Shown here piece by piece: positions 9,349-18,950 of a DNA stretch of 64,000 nucleotides. Source of the DNA: a virus (lineage: Duplodnaviria; Heunggongvirae; Uroviricota; Caudoviricetes); the IMG/VR virus record IMGVR_UViG_3300049617_000342, positions 18,536 through 82,535 of that record; one strand, given 5' to 3'. The translations under genes and the position numbers were made by a program. Positions within the stretch are counted from its first letter, which is position 1. Each line of letters begins with the position of its first letter. The notes below the pieces were generated by a model, which did no database searches, was not told where the DNA came from, and saw nothing but the letters and a program-made list of their open reading frames with translations.

Positions 9349-10544
9349 GAGGTCTTCTTGTAGACCTCTGCCATCAGGGCCCTCTGGAGCTCTGGCTTGG
9401 CGTTGAGGTCCTCGACCAGGTTGTCGAAGCCGTTCCACTTGACCTCTTGTCCGTCGAGAACCGCTGCCCACCAGGCGTTGTTGACCTTGGGGGGTTCCTT
9501 GTTCGCGATTTCCTTCTTGGTCTGCTCGGAGAAGGGATGGTACACCGCGCCGGTGCCCGTCGCTAGCTTGGCGACCTCTAGGCCCTGGTTGACGATGCCG
9601 GTGTTGTACTTGACCTGGAACTCCGCCGTCCTGAACGGGGAGTCGAGGTTGGCCTTGCTGACCGTGGCCCTGATTGTGTGCCCCTCCTGGATCGAGACCT
9701 CGCTGGACGCCTTGGGCGAGCCGTTGAGGATCATCTGGTCGGAGAAGATCTTGCTGTCCTTGTTGTTGATGCGCTCCACCAGGACCATGTGCTCGCAGAA
9801 GTGCTTGAGCGCCTGGCCGCACGGGATCTTCCACTTGATGCCCTGGTACTCGACCTCGTCCGCGTTCATGTTCTCGTTGACCTGCTGGACGAAGACCGTC
9901 ATGATGTTGTATTGGCGGATCACCGGGAGGATCTCGCGCAAGGCTGGGTTGAGGAACCTGGACAGGTCGCCCATGTCCATCTTCTCCGCGCCGCCCTTGG
10001 CTCCCTGGCTGCCGATCTGGTTGGTGCTGGACATGGAGGTGGCCTTGACTTCCTTTGGCCCCCTGATGCCCTTGATCGAGTCTATTCCGAGGTACTTGAT
10101 CGGAGCGCCCTGCTCTAGCATGTAGAGGAGCCCGGGTCCGCCCGTCTTGCCGTCGCTGCTCTTGAACTTGGGGTCCCTCGAGACTATCCAGTCGAAGATG
10201 TCGTGGATGGTGTTGGCCTGCCTGATCATGTGGCGCTTTGGGTCCACGCCGAGCTTCGCCGCGCGTTCGGGGACTGGTGGCCTGAACTCCGAGCTGATCG
10301 TCACGCCGATCGCGTCGGGGTCGAACCTGTGGAGAGCACCCAGTCCGCACATGGAGAGGAAGGACTTCCCGCCCTGCTCGGGGCCGTAGAGGCAGACCGT
10401 GTACCCCTGGTAGAACCCGCCGCCCATCGCCCAGTTGATGCCGGGGCTGTCGAGCGCGATCTTGGTCCTGGCCGAGACCTCGGAGCCGATGATGTTCTTC
10501 TCGTCTTCCTGGAACATCTCCATCCAGTTCGTTTCTTTAGCCAT
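9345..10544 (-). CDS. uvsX: UvsX/RecA-family recombinase
   Basis: RecA-fold ATPase with Walker A GPEQGGKSF. The likely start is MAKETNWMEMF (AAGGA RBS), 8 codons downstream of the track start. Confidence 0.7.
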   Translation of the reverse strand: MAKETNWMEMFQEDEKNIIGSEVSARTKIALDSPGINWAMGGGFYQGYTVCLYGPEQGGKSFLSMCGLGALHRFDPDAIGVTISSEFRPPVPERAAKLGVDPKRHMIRQANTIHDIFDWIVSRDPKFKSSDGKTGGPGLLYMLEQGAPIKYLGIDSIKGIRGPKEVKATSMSSTNQIGSQGAKGGAEKMDMGDLSRFLNPALREILPVIRQYNIMTVFVQQVNENMNADEVEYQGIKWKIPCGQALKHFCEHMVLVERINNKDSKIFSDQMILNGSPKASSEVSIQEGHTIRATVSKANLDSPFRTAEFQVKYNTGIVNQGLEVAKLATGTGAVYHPFSEQTKKEIANKEPPKVNNAWWAAVLDGQEVKWNGFDNLVEDLNAKPELQRALMAEVYKKTS

Positions 10545-10728
10545 TGGATTCCTTTCTTGGAGGGACAAGCTTCTTCTCGACTTCGCTCAGCCTTCTTTCT
10601 ACCGCCTGGTGCCTGCTGTCGACGTAGAACTTGTTGGCCGCGATTGTGGCCTTGAGGGTGCCGATCTCGTTGAATAGGAACGCGAAGGCAAAGACCACCA
10701 GTATGGCCGCGACCACTACGACGAGCAT
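10537..10728 (-). CDS. small membrane protein (63 aa)
   Basis: MLVVVVAAILVVFAFAFLFNE… is a single TM helix. Its ATG overlaps the HAD gene stop (TGATG). It is the C-terminal part of track ORF 10537..11274, whose upstream part looks like a GC shadow frame. Confidence 0.4.
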   Translation of the reverse strand: MLVVVVAAILVVFAFAFLFNEIGTLKATIAANKFYVDSRHQAVERRLSEVEKKLVPPRKESNG

Positions 10729-11336
10729 CACCCGAAGACCAGTCTGGCGATGTCCTGTGCGAGTGTCTCGTGCGTGGTGCGCTGCTTCGTCTCGGACTTG
10801 TTGTAGGGGTGGTCCACGAGAAGGCCCTTGCCGCCGTACTCCTCGGCCGAGCCGATGTTGTAGCCGACGTCGTCTATTAGGTAGCAGTTCTCCATGGGGA
10901 CGCCGAGGCGCTGCGCGACCTCCCTCATGACCTCGCCCTTCTTCTGGGCGTGGGCCCCGAGGATCTTGCGGGCTATGAACTGGGCGTCGTACTGCATCTC
11001 CAGAGACCTGATGCGGTCTGGCCTGAACGCCTCCTTGAAGGTGCTGAGGACGAACACGTTCGGGTGCGACAGGATCGCGCCGATGGCCTTGGTGTCGATG
11101 CTGGGGAACGGCTTGAGGTCCCTGAGACCGCCCTTGAGGCCGAACTCGTCGACCATGAGGCTCTCGGTGGCCTTGTCGGTCATGTCCGGGAAGCTGGCGC
11201 TGAAGTGGTAGTTCTTCCTGTCGCGAAAGTTCTCCGGCACCGTGTAGCCCTTGGACCTCCAGAACTCGACCCACGGGCCCTCGTAGTCCAGAAGGACACC
11301 GTCTACGTCTATGAACACTAGCTTGCTAGGTGTCAT
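10728..11336 (-). CDS. HAD-superfamily hydrolase (nucleotidase-like)
   Basis: 202 aa with the N-terminal FIDVDGVL HAD motif I and a later D-rich motif (YLIDDVGYN). Confidence 0.5.
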   Translation of the reverse strand: MTPSKLVFIDVDGVLLDYEGPWVEFWRSKGYTVPENFRDRKNYHFSASFPDMTDKATESLMVDEFGLKGGLRDLKPFPSIDTKAIGAILSHPNVFVLSTFKEAFRPDRIRSLEMQYDAQFIARKILGAHAQKKGEVMREVAQRLGVPMENCYLIDDVGYNIGSAEEYGGKGLLVDHPYNKSETKQRTTHETLAQDIARLVFG

Positions 11337-11547
11337 TCTTTTCTCCTTGGTTGAGCATCTTCCCCATCTCTTCGTCCAGGACCTGAGTCGATGACCTCCA
11401 GCCTTCTCGAAATGCGGTTGACACTAGGTCCCTGAGGATCGCGTCGGATATCCCCGGCGTCGTCACTCGGTACCTTTGTCGCGCCCTTTCGATTGCCTCG
11501 CTTAGGTGCTCGCGGTACTTTTTTCCTGCGTCTATCGGGATTATCAT
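11326..11547 (-). CDS. hypothetical protein (73 aa)
   Basis: Helical, protein-like sequence. It lies inside, and +1-shifted relative to, the R/K/P-rich tail of ORF 11333..11938. Confidence 0.35.
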   Translation of the reverse strand: MIIPIDAGKKYREHLSEAIERARQRYRVTTPGISDAILRDLVSTAFREGWRSSTQVLDEEMGKMLNQGEKNDT

Positions 11548-11938
11548 CGGTTGCCTTGTGGGGGGCTGTCTCTTTGATCCCCTCGTCGACTGCGGTGAAG
11601 GAGCCGATCCTGATGGCTTCAGTCTCCTGGGGTTCCCGCGCCTTGATGACGAGGATCTTGTGGGTGATCTCCTCGCCCTCCGGGACCCTCTGCTTGATTG
11701 TCTCTCCGAAGGCCTGGGACGCCGCTATGCCAACCTTCTGCATGAGCTGGTCCTCCTGGTACTTCTTGAACGCGGGCATGCCGTGCTCGCCCAGGCGGTA
11801 CTTCTCCAGGTCGGACACGACGTACTTGTGCTCCACGAACTGTAGCCACTTGGTTATCCAGGCGTCGACCTGCTTCTCGCGGCCGCTGCCCCGGACTATG
11901 GTTCTCAGCTCTGCGAGGGAGCGGAAGCGGTTAAGCAA
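11333..11938 (-). CDS. hypothetical protein; C-terminal ~70 aa may be frame artefact
   Basis: The N-terminal ~130 aa are protein-like; the remainder is R/K/P/G-rich, typical of out-of-frame GC-rich translation. Confidence 0.3.
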   Translation of the reverse strand: MLNRFRSLAELRTIVRGSGREKQVDAWITKWLQFVEHKYVVSDLEKYRLGEHGMPAFKKYQEDQLMQKVGIAASQAFGETIKQRVPEGEEITHKILVIKAREPQETEAIRIGSFTAVDEGIKETAPHKATDDNPDRRRKKVPRAPKRGNRKGATKVPSDDAGDIRRDPQGPSVNRISRRLEVIDSGPGRRDGEDAQPRRKE

Positions 11939-12428
11939 CGTCCGACCCGCTTGGGGCCGCCGATGACTGACCCTTGTAGTCTCTGGTCCCGTTGTAGACG
12001 GCCCTGGCGTCGTCGTGCAGCCTGGTGAACTTCTCGAACTTGTTCTCCATGTAGGTCTCGAGCGCCTTGTTGTAGGCCTCGAGCTCCTTGGCCTGGACGT
12101 ACTCGGGGTGCGACTCGGTGTAGGCCTCGACGTTGTCGACCGTCGGCTTGAGGCCCTTCTGCTGGAGCGCGAGGGGTGCGATGTCGAGCATGATGCGGCC
12201 GCGGACCGCCTTGGAGTTGGTCTTGGACGTCTCGTAGTCGAACATGGCTTTGGTCCAGTAGGACGACGCTATGTCCGATGCCTTCATGAACTCCTGCATG
12301 TAGAAGGGGGCGTTCAGGTTGTTGATGCTGACCACCTCCTGAGCCATCTTCTCGTACACGAGGACGTTCTTCATGTCCAGGGGGACAAGGAAGCCGCTGG
12401 GCGCCTCGTACTCCTGGATGTCGGTCAC
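11931..12428 (-). CDS. hypothetical protein (165 aa)
   Basis: ORF; overlaps the gp32-like stop by 4 nt. Confidence 0.45.
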   Translation of the reverse strand: MTDIQEYEAPSGFLVPLDMKNVLVYEKMAQEVVSINNLNAPFYMQEFMKASDIASSYWTKAMFDYETSKTNSKAVRGRIMLDIAPLALQQKGLKPTVDNVEAYTESHPEYVQAKELEAYNKALETYMENKFEKFTRLHDDARAVYNGTRDYKGQSSAAPSGSDVA

Positions 12429-13561
12429 TCTGTCTTCTGCCTGTTGGCTGCCATCGCTCTGAGCCTAGCGATCTCGGCCGCCGCGTTGCTGGCCGCCGGG
12501 GTCTTTGGCAGTGTGGCCTTGGGGACTGTCGCCGTCGGAGCCGCTGCCTTGGGTGCCGCGGGCACCGTGAGCTTGGTCACCATGGGCGCCTTGGGTAGGG
12601 TCTCCTTGGGTATCGTTGTCGCCTTGGCTGCCGCAGCCTTGACTACCGGCGCGGGTGCCTCGGCCTCCGTGTCTACGGAGGTGGAGTACGAGACCGCTGG
12701 GACCTCGCCTTCCTCCTCGGGTGTCTCTGCTAGCTCGGCCTTTGCCGTCTCTGCCGCCTTGCTGCTTGAGGGCAACGGCTCGCCTTCCAGGTAGCGCTGT
12801 AGCTGTGCGGAGGTCGTTGGCTTCTGGAGCGTGTGGATGTCGTACAGTGGGCCTTCCGCTCCCTGGAGTTGGGCCTCTATCTGCACCGCAAGCTCCTCGG
12901 GCATAGAGGTGCGGTCGATCTTCTCAAGCTCCTCCCCGTCCACGACCTTGCTGATCTTCTTGAACTCGACGGGGTACTTGGTCATGAGCTTCTTGCCGGT
13001 CCTGGTGATCTCGAACCAGGCGCCAGTCCTCAGGCTGGTGGGGTCGAACTTCTTCTTCTTTATGGCGATCTCGATCTTGCCCATCAGATTCTCGACGGCG
13101 GTCTTCTTCAGCTCGAGTATGACGACCCGACCGTCGGAGAGGTAGGCGTTGACCGCGAAGTACACCTTGGCCTTGAACTGGAATATGGTGTCGTCAAGCT
13201 CCTCGATGCGCTCCTTGGTGCCGCCGATCTGGATGGGCTTGCCGCCCGCTGGGTCCTTCTTGAAGTAGCTGTCGCGCTCGTTCTGCGCCGACTTGACGAT
13301 CTCGCACACCGGGCAGAAACGCTCGGTGGGGTAGCTACAGGAGACCGGACGCTTGCCGCCCTCGGCGGTCACGAAGCCCCAGTGGATCTCGTACTTGTGG
13401 AACAGTAGGTTCCTGTGGTTGGTGCCATAGGGAGGGAGCACCTTGAAGTGCACCGTCTCGTCCTGCTCGATCTGCTTGCGGTCCCACGACTTGCCGCTGG
13501 AGCCGATGGCGCCCTGGTTGCCCTCTAGGTCGAATGAAACCTCAAACTCTTGCTCGCTCAT
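12425..13561 (-). CDS. single-stranded DNA-binding protein, T4 gp32-like
   Basis: VHFKVLPP resembles the gp32 N-terminal core. The His…C-x8-C-x2-C cluster (HKYEIH…CSYPTERFCPVC) resembles the gp32 zinc site. An A/P/T/K-rich C-terminal linker follows. Confidence 0.55.
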   Translation of the reverse strand: MSEQEFEVSFDLEGNQGAIGSSGKSWDRKQIEQDETVHFKVLPPYGTNHRNLLFHKYEIHWGFVTAEGGKRPVSCSYPTERFCPVCEIVKSAQNERDSYFKKDPAGGKPIQIGGTKERIEELDDTIFQFKAKVYFAVNAYLSDGRVVILELKKTAVENLMGKIEIAIKKKKFDPTSLRTGAWFEITRTGKKLMTKYPVEFKKISKVVDGEELEKIDRTSMPEELAVQIEAQLQGAEGPLYDIHTLQKPTTSAQLQRYLEGEPLPSSSKAAETAKAELAETPEEEGEVPAVSYSTSVDTEAEAPAPVVKAAAAKATTIPKETLPKAPMVTKLTVPAAPKAAAPTATVPKATLPKTPAASNAAAEIARLRAMAANRQKTE

Positions 13562-14133
13562 TTTCTGTCGATCTCCTTCCAGTAGTTCTTGATGTCGCTT
13601 AGTGCCGCCACGACCCTGCTCTTAAGCTCGTCTTCCGTGGTCTCGTCGGTGATGTTGATGCCGAACTTGAGCCCCCGGGGCTTCTCGCTCGCATCCCTAT
13701 ATACTGTCACTGGAAGGTAGTCCTTGTTGAGGCGGTCTGAGAAGATCCTGGAGTCCTGCTTCCTGACGCCGGCAACGTACACGCCGTCCTTGCGACGGTA
13801 GTAGTCCGTGTCGAGGAACGACTCCGACTCCCATCCGGCCTTGACGTACTTCTTCATGAGGCCGCCGAAGTACTCGTCTATGTCCGCCTGCGTCTTGACG
13901 GCCTTGCCGGCGAGCTTCTGGCTGGGCATGGTGACCCCGACCTTGCTCGCGAAGTTCCTGATGTCGTGCTCCTCGAGGTACCCGCGCCTCACCCTGTCGA
14001 TGCGTGGGACCGCCGACTTCTGCGCGATCTCCTCGATGTCGCCGATGTTCGTCGCCGCCTTGAGCGACGCGATGATGTTGGCGACCTTGGCGACGTCCGA
14101 CTTCTCGCCCTCCAAACCGATTATCCTCTTCAC
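13558..14133 (-). CDS. hypothetical protein (191 aa, GTG start)
   Basis: Protein-like C-terminal part of track ORF 13558..14655. GTG start overlaps the stop of the upstream gene (GTGA). Confidence 0.45.
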   Translation of the reverse strand: MKRIIGLEGEKSDVAKVANIIASLKAATNIGDIEEIAQKSAVPRIDRVRRGYLEEHDIRNFASKVGVTMPSQKLAGKAVKTQADIDEYFGGLMKKYVKAGWESESFLDTDYYRRKDGVYVAGVRKQDSRIFSDRLNKDYLPVTVYRDASEKPRGLKFGINITDETTEDELKSRVVAALSDIKNYWKEIDRK

Positions 14134-14612
14134 GCGTTTGCCTCCTCTGGCTCGTCGGCGCTGGTCCTGAAGTCGAGATGGGTTATCATCCCCTTGGTGG
14201 CCAGTATGTCGCCCATTGTCTGTATGTCCGTCTTGAGACGGGACCTGTCTATCTTGAATGTGGACTTCCCGATCACTATGTTCAGCTCTGTGTCGTCGTC
14301 GGCGAAGATCTCCTGCTCGAACTCGTCCGCGCCCTTGACCATGAATGCCAGGGTGTTGGTGAAGTACCTGATGGCGCCCACCGCCTCGTTGGCCTGGTCG
14401 GTCGCGGTGTCCGCCTGGATCTTCCTTCTGAGCACCACGAGCTTGGTTCCGCCCGGCACGGGTAGGAGCACCTCGATAGTCGAGTACAGGTAGTTCACGG
14501 CCTTCTTGCCGCCATCGTTTATCTGGTAGATCACGACCGGGCTGTTGTAGATGGCGTGGCGGACTGCCTGCTCGATCGGGTTGGGTACGTCCAACTCTCT
14601 CTTTTTGCTCAT
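14130..14612 (-). CDS. hypothetical protein (160 aa)
   Basis: ORF immediately downstream of dnaE. Confidence 0.45.
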   Translation of the reverse strand: MSKKRELDVPNPIEQAVRHAIYNSPVVIYQINDGGKKAVNYLYSTIEVLLPVPGGTKLVVLRRKIQADTATDQANEAVGAIRYFTNTLAFMVKGADEFEQEIFADDDTELNIVIGKSTFKIDRSRLKTDIQTMGDILATKGMITHLDFRTSADEPEEANA

Positions 14613-14618
14613 GTTTTC

Positions 14619-17600
14619 CTATAGCTCCACTAGTCTCGAGATGCTGAGGGACCACAGTCCGGGCGTCCTGCTCGGCTTTACTCTACCCCTGCATATCAGG
14701 ATCTTGTTTCCCGACGGCTCCCTCTCGCCGTGGCGCCTCATGTTGTCGCGCGTGGAGGGCCAGATGACCCCCTCGACCTTGTCGCCGGCGTTGACGATGC
14801 TCAGGCGCAGCGCCTTGACCTTCTCCTTGGTCTTCTTGTCGGTGTACTCGAAGTCCTCCTTGGACTCGAGCAGCCCGGAGAACACCACCTCGCGGTCCTT
14901 CTTCCCCATGCCGGAGTCCCAGAACAGCGCCAGGTCCTTGGTGCTCCTGGTGGAGACGAACACGCCGCCGCTGTCGCGGTACGTGTCGATGCCGGACTCG
15001 TCGTAGAGGATGTGGCTCTCCATGAGCGGGCGGAACATCTCGTGCACGTCCATCCTGTAGATCGAGAGGAGGGACATGCGCTTGATCTCAAGCTCCAGGC
15101 CGTCGAAGCTGAACTTCAGGGCCAGCTCGTCCTCTATCTGTTCGTTCTGGCACTTGCTACCCTTGGGCCCGGGCTTCGCGCCGCTGGTGACGATGTAGGC
15201 CTCGACCGCGTCCCTTAGGTCCCTGCCGGTCTTGCCCTCGCCGAGCTTGAGGCCGGAGAGCTTCTTCAGGTAGAGGTACTCGCGGAAGAGGTCCTTCTCC
15301 GACTTGCCAGGCTCTATCAGGGAGAACGCGCCTACGAGTATGAGCTTCTCGAATATGCCCTCGTTGCAGGCCTTCCTGTCGACCCTCTCGAAGAAGTCCT
15401 GCAGGCTGCTGAACTGGGCCTCCGCCATTATCTCGGACGTCTCCTGCGAGAAGCCTCCCTGCGCGATGTCGTTGGCGCGATCGTCTATGGCCTTCTGTAT
15501 GGCCTTGCACGCCGCGGCGCCGACGCCCTTGACCATCCACAGGGGCGTGTGGACCTTGCCGTCGGGCCTGGCCTCGAACTCGTCCATGGGCCCGTTGACG
15601 TGCGGGAGAACCAGCATGTCCTTTAGGGTGCGCGCGTAGCCCTTCTCGCGGATGTCCTCCTCCTTGCAGTTCTGGAGGACGGCCGTCCACCACTCCTTGG
15701 GGAAGTGGTGCTTGAGGAACGCGCACGCATACGCGATGTTCCCGTAGCTGGCGGAGTGCGCGCGGTTGAAGGAGTACTTCGCGCTGGCCAGGCAGAGGTT
15801 GATGAAGACCTGAGACTGCTCCTCGGTCCACCCGCGCTCGCTGAGGCGGCGGCGAAGCTCGGGTATGAGGTTCTCCATGTCCTGCTTCTTCTTCTTCCCG
15901 ACCATCTCCCTGATCGTGTCGGCCTCCTCCTCGGAGTAGCCCGCGAGGTGCTGGAACATCAGCTGGAGCTGCTCCTGGTAGACGGCGACGCCGTAGGTGT
16001 CCTTGAGGATCGGCTCCATGCCGGGGTGCGCGTAGGTGATCGGGACCCGGCCGTTCTTCCGCTTGACGTAGGCGTCGGCCATGGTAAGCTTGTGGAACAG
16101 CGGCCTGCCCTCGTCGTCCACCGCCTGGACCTTGGGTGCCACCATTATGGGCCTGTCGGGGTCGTCCTGGTCTATCTCGGCAAGCAGCGGGCCCGGCCGG
16201 ATGATGGCCACGATGACGGAGCAGTCCTCCTTGCGGGTGGGCTTGATCCGCTTGGTCCAGCCGGTCATGAGGGCGCTGTTCATCTGGAACACGGACTCCG
16301 TCTTGCCCTCCTGCAGGTCCCTGAACACTCCCTCGTCCTCCGGGAGCGTGTAGATGTTGTGGACCGTGCCGTCCGGCATGCAGACCTCCTCGATCGAGCG
16401 CTCGCCCAGCCAGAGGTCGAACTCCTTCTCGCCGATCTTCATCTTCTCCTTCCACACGTTGTAGCCCAGGGACTTCTGGACCAGCCTTATGCAGTTGGAT
16501 ATGTCGAGCAGGGTCGTCACGCCGAGGATGTCGAACTTTATCAGCCCGGCCTTCTCGGCCGCGCTGAAGCCCTGGGGAGGAGCCGTGTACTGGGTGCACG
16601 TGTGCCCGCTGACGTCGCACAGGGGAGCGCTCTCGTAGATGGGCCTGTCGCTGATGAAGTACGCCGACGCATGGCGGCCGACGCTCCTCGGTATGCCGAG
16701 CATCTTGGTGAACATCGTCCTGAGGTCCTTGGTGGGGTCCTCGTCGTGGTACTTGACCAGGAACGCCTGGAGGGCCTCGTCGGTGTAGAGGTATCCCTCG
16801 TGCTCCACGCCGTCCTTGTCGGTGTAGCCCTCCAGGAACTCCCTGTCCTTGGTGCCCATCGGGGTGTTGGGGATGTTCTTGGTTATAACCTCGACCTCCG
16901 GCATCAGCGCCTCTAGCCGCTCAACCAGCTGGTCCCTCTTGGGTCCCCTGGGTGTGCGGTCTATCTCGTTCTCTAGGGGGTTGACGTAGAGGACCCTGAA
17001 GGCGTCCTTGAGGGCGCTCTTGAGCTTCATCGTGCCGTGGGTGGTGGCCTGGGCAAAGTTCTCCCCGTAGGTCTCCGAGAGCTTGGCCAGCAATGGCTTG
17101 CGGTTACCCATGTCCCAGTCTATGTCGGGGAACTTCCTGCGCTTGATACGGCCAGGAGAGAGGAACCTGGAGAACGGAAGCTTGTACTCGAACGGGTCGA
17201 GGTGCGTGATCTTGAGGAGGTAGCACAGGAGCGACCCTGCCCCGGAGCCCCGTCCGGGCGCGCTGAGGATGGAGTGGGCCCTGGTCCAGCTCTGCCACTG
17301 CTCCATGAACAGGAAGTACCGGGCGAAGTCCTGGACGCCGTTGTCGCAGATGATCTCCATCTCCATCTGGAGTCGCTCGAGCCAATCGGGGTCGTCCCAC
17401 TTCATTCGCCCGTGCTCCTCGATCTTCCGCATTATGAGGCCCTTGAGCGCCTCGCGCTCGTCGGCGGCCGCGTCCCTGAGGTCCTGCGGGATCTCTATGA
17501 TGGGCTGGTGGTACTCGTCCTTGATGGTGAGTGCCTTGGCCATCTCCACGATCTGGTGGTTGCTCTCCACCGCCTCGACGAAGATCTTCCGGTTCTCCTC

Positions 17601-18530
17601 GTCGTCCCCGTAGTTCTCGCTCCAGTGGTCCCAGGCGTCCTGGGTGGTCATCATGTGGTACGAGTTGTGGAAGTGCCAGCCGTCGGGGTCGCCGTTCTTG
17701 AGCAGCATGTCCTGGACCGGCTTCTCGTCCGGCTTGACGAAGTGGCTGTCGACCGTCAGGATCAGGGGAAGGTTGTTGGCCCGGGCTATCTCGATGTTCT
17801 TGAGGTTGCAGGCCTTCTGGAGGTCGCCGTCTGGGCTGAAGTCGGTGCACTCGTTCGGCGTGAAGACCTTCTCCTTGCGGTCCCAGTCGTGCGTGCAGTT
17901 GTGCGGCATCAGCTCGACGAACAGGCGGCCCGCGTAGGCCGACATGAGCCTCTCGAGGTTCCGCTGGGCGCCGTCGTTCTCGCCGTTCAGGAGCGCCTTG
18001 TTGACGGCCCCGATTAGACAGCCGCTGCCCAGCACTAGCCCCTCGTTGTACTGGACCAGCTCGTCGAAGGTTATGCGGGGCTTCACCTGGCCGAAGCGCT
18101 TGATGACTCGGGCGTACATGCCCTCGACGTTGCGGGTGACCTTGTCCTTGGTTACAGCCTTCTGGGTGTAGATCTCGCTCTTGTCGAAGGACAGGGAGCC
18201 GAGCTTCAGCAGGTTGCGGTAGCCGGCCTCGTTGACCGCCCAGGCGGTGACGTGGTAGTACTCGTAGGCCTTGCCGCTGAACTTGTAGTCCGCGTCCGGC
18301 GCCACGTAGAACTCGACGCCGGGTATGCCCACTATGCCGGCCTCGCCGGCGCTCTTGTACATCTCGAGGGCGCCGATCATCCAGCCGTGGTCGGTGACCG
18401 CCATTCCTGGCGCCCCGTTGTCCTTGCACCACTGGATGTACTCGGAGATGGTCGACGCCCCGTCGAGGACGGAGTAGACGGTGTGGGAGTGAAGCGGACA
18501 TAGCTGCAGCTTCGTCGGTGATTCTGACAT
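14619..18530 (-). CDS. dnaE: DNA polymerase III alpha subunit (DnaE family) with N-terminal PHP domain
   Basis: ~1303 aa. The N-terminus LHSHTVYSVLDGASTI…VTDHG matches PHP-domain motifs, and the length and architecture match DnaE. The start was moved to the internal ATG (MSESPTKL), because the track start would overlap the tRNA. Confidence 0.85.
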   Translation of the reverse strand: MSESPTKLQLCPLHSHTVYSVLDGASTISEYIQWCKDNGAPGMAVTDHGWMIGALEMYKSAGEAGIVGIPGVEFYVAPDADYKFSGKAYEYYHVTAWAVNEAGYRNLLKLGSLSFDKSEIYTQKAVTKDKVTRNVEGMYARVIKRFGQVKPRITFDELVQYNEGLVLGSGCLIGAVNKALLNGENDGAQRNLERLMSAYAGRLFVELMPHNCTHDWDRKEKVFTPNECTDFSPDGDLQKACNLKNIEIARANNLPLILTVDSHFVKPDEKPVQDMLLKNGDPDGWHFHNSYHMMTTQDAWDHWSENYGDDEENRKIFVEAVESNHQIVEMAKALTIKDEYHQPIIEIPQDLRDAAADEREALKGLIMRKIEEHGRMKWDDPDWLERLQMEMEIICDNGVQDFARYFLFMEQWQSWTRAHSILSAPGRGSGAGSLLCYLLKITHLDPFEYKLPFSRFLSPGRIKRRKFPDIDWDMGNRKPLLAKLSETYGENFAQATTHGTMKLKSALKDAFRVLYVNPLENEIDRTPRGPKRDQLVERLEALMPEVEVITKNIPNTPMGTKDREFLEGYTDKDGVEHEGYLYTDEALQAFLVKYHDEDPTKDLRTMFTKMLGIPRSVGRHASAYFISDRPIYESAPLCDVSGHTCTQYTAPPQGFSAAEKAGLIKFDILGVTTLLDISNCIRLVQKSLGYNVWKEKMKIGEKEFDLWLGERSIEEVCMPDGTVHNIYTLPEDEGVFRDLQEGKTESVFQMNSALMTGWTKRIKPTRKEDCSVIVAIIRPGPLLAEIDQDDPDRPIMVAPKVQAVDDEGRPLFHKLTMADAYVKRKNGRVPITYAHPGMEPILKDTYGVAVYQEQLQLMFQHLAGYSEEEADTIREMVGKKKKQDMENLIPELRRRLSERGWTEEQSQVFINLCLASAKYSFNRAHSASYGNIAYACAFLKHHFPKEWWTAVLQNCKEEDIREKGYARTLKDMLVLPHVNGPMDEFEARPDGKVHTPLWMVKGVGAAACKAIQKAIDDRANDIAQGGFSQETSEIMAEAQFSSLQDFFERVDRKACNEGIFEKLILVGAFSLIEPGKSEKDLFREYLYLKKLSGLKLGEGKTGRDLRDAVEAYIVTSGAKPGPKGSKCQNEQIEDELALKFSFDGLELEIKRMSLLSIYRMDVHEMFRPLMESHILYDESGIDTYRDSGGVFVSTRSTKDLALFWDSGMGKKDREVVFSGLLESKEDFEYTDKKTKEKVKALRLSIVNAGDKVEGVIWPSTRDNMRRHGEREPSGNKILICRGRVKPSRTPGLWSLSISRLVEL

Positions 18531-18556
18531 TCGCCTATATCGTACCAAGGTTGGAG

Positions 18557-18632
18557 TGGTAGCCCCACCCCGAGTCGAACGGGGATCATCCATTTAGGAA
18601 ACGGAAGCTCTGTCCACTTAAGCTATGGGGCC
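18557..18632 (-). tRNA. tRNA-Arg (anticodon CCU)
   Basis: Cloverleaf folded by hand on the reverse complement. Acceptor stem GGCCCCA/TGGGGCT (G1·U72), D-stem GCTT/GAGC, anticodon stem TCCGT/ATGGA with loop TTCCTAA, T-arm CCCCG-TTCGACT-CGGGG, and an encoded CCA. Coordinates ±1. Confidence 0.75.
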
Positions 18633-18755
18633 GATCGGATTTTACTGATCTCCCGTTTTGCCTTCTGTCTCGCGGACTTTTTGTCGACTCGGATTTTGTT
18701 GCGGCGGTTGGGGTGGGGCTTGGACAGAGTCTTCCAGCCCTTGGGGTTCTTGTCC

Positions 18756-18950
18756 TTAGCGTAGGGTTTCATCGTCCTTTAGGAGCCTGAACTGTCCGAG
18801 GGCCCTTTCATAGGATCTGGGCCACATCTTTTTGAGGTCAGCCAGTCTAGGCTTGAGTGTCTTGTTATAGTCCTCTTCTGTGAGGTCTCCCGCCGCGAGA
18901 AGTGCCTGCCTGATGAACTGCTTGACTTTCTTGACGTTTCTACTTGCCAT
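18756..18950 (-). CDS. hypothetical protein (64 aa)
   Basis: ORF in the track. Confidence 0.35.
   Translation of the reverse strand: MASRNVKKVKQFIRQALLAAGDLTEEDYNKTLKPRLADLKKMWPRSYERALGQFRLLKDDETLR

Noticed and set aside
8317-10350. 677-aa minus-strand ORF overlapping UvsX in another frame
   Set aside because: The N-terminal 330 aa are R/G/P/Q-rich (a shadow frame of the UvsX gene). Only the C-terminal 343 aa from the internal ATG are real (the metallophosphoesterase).
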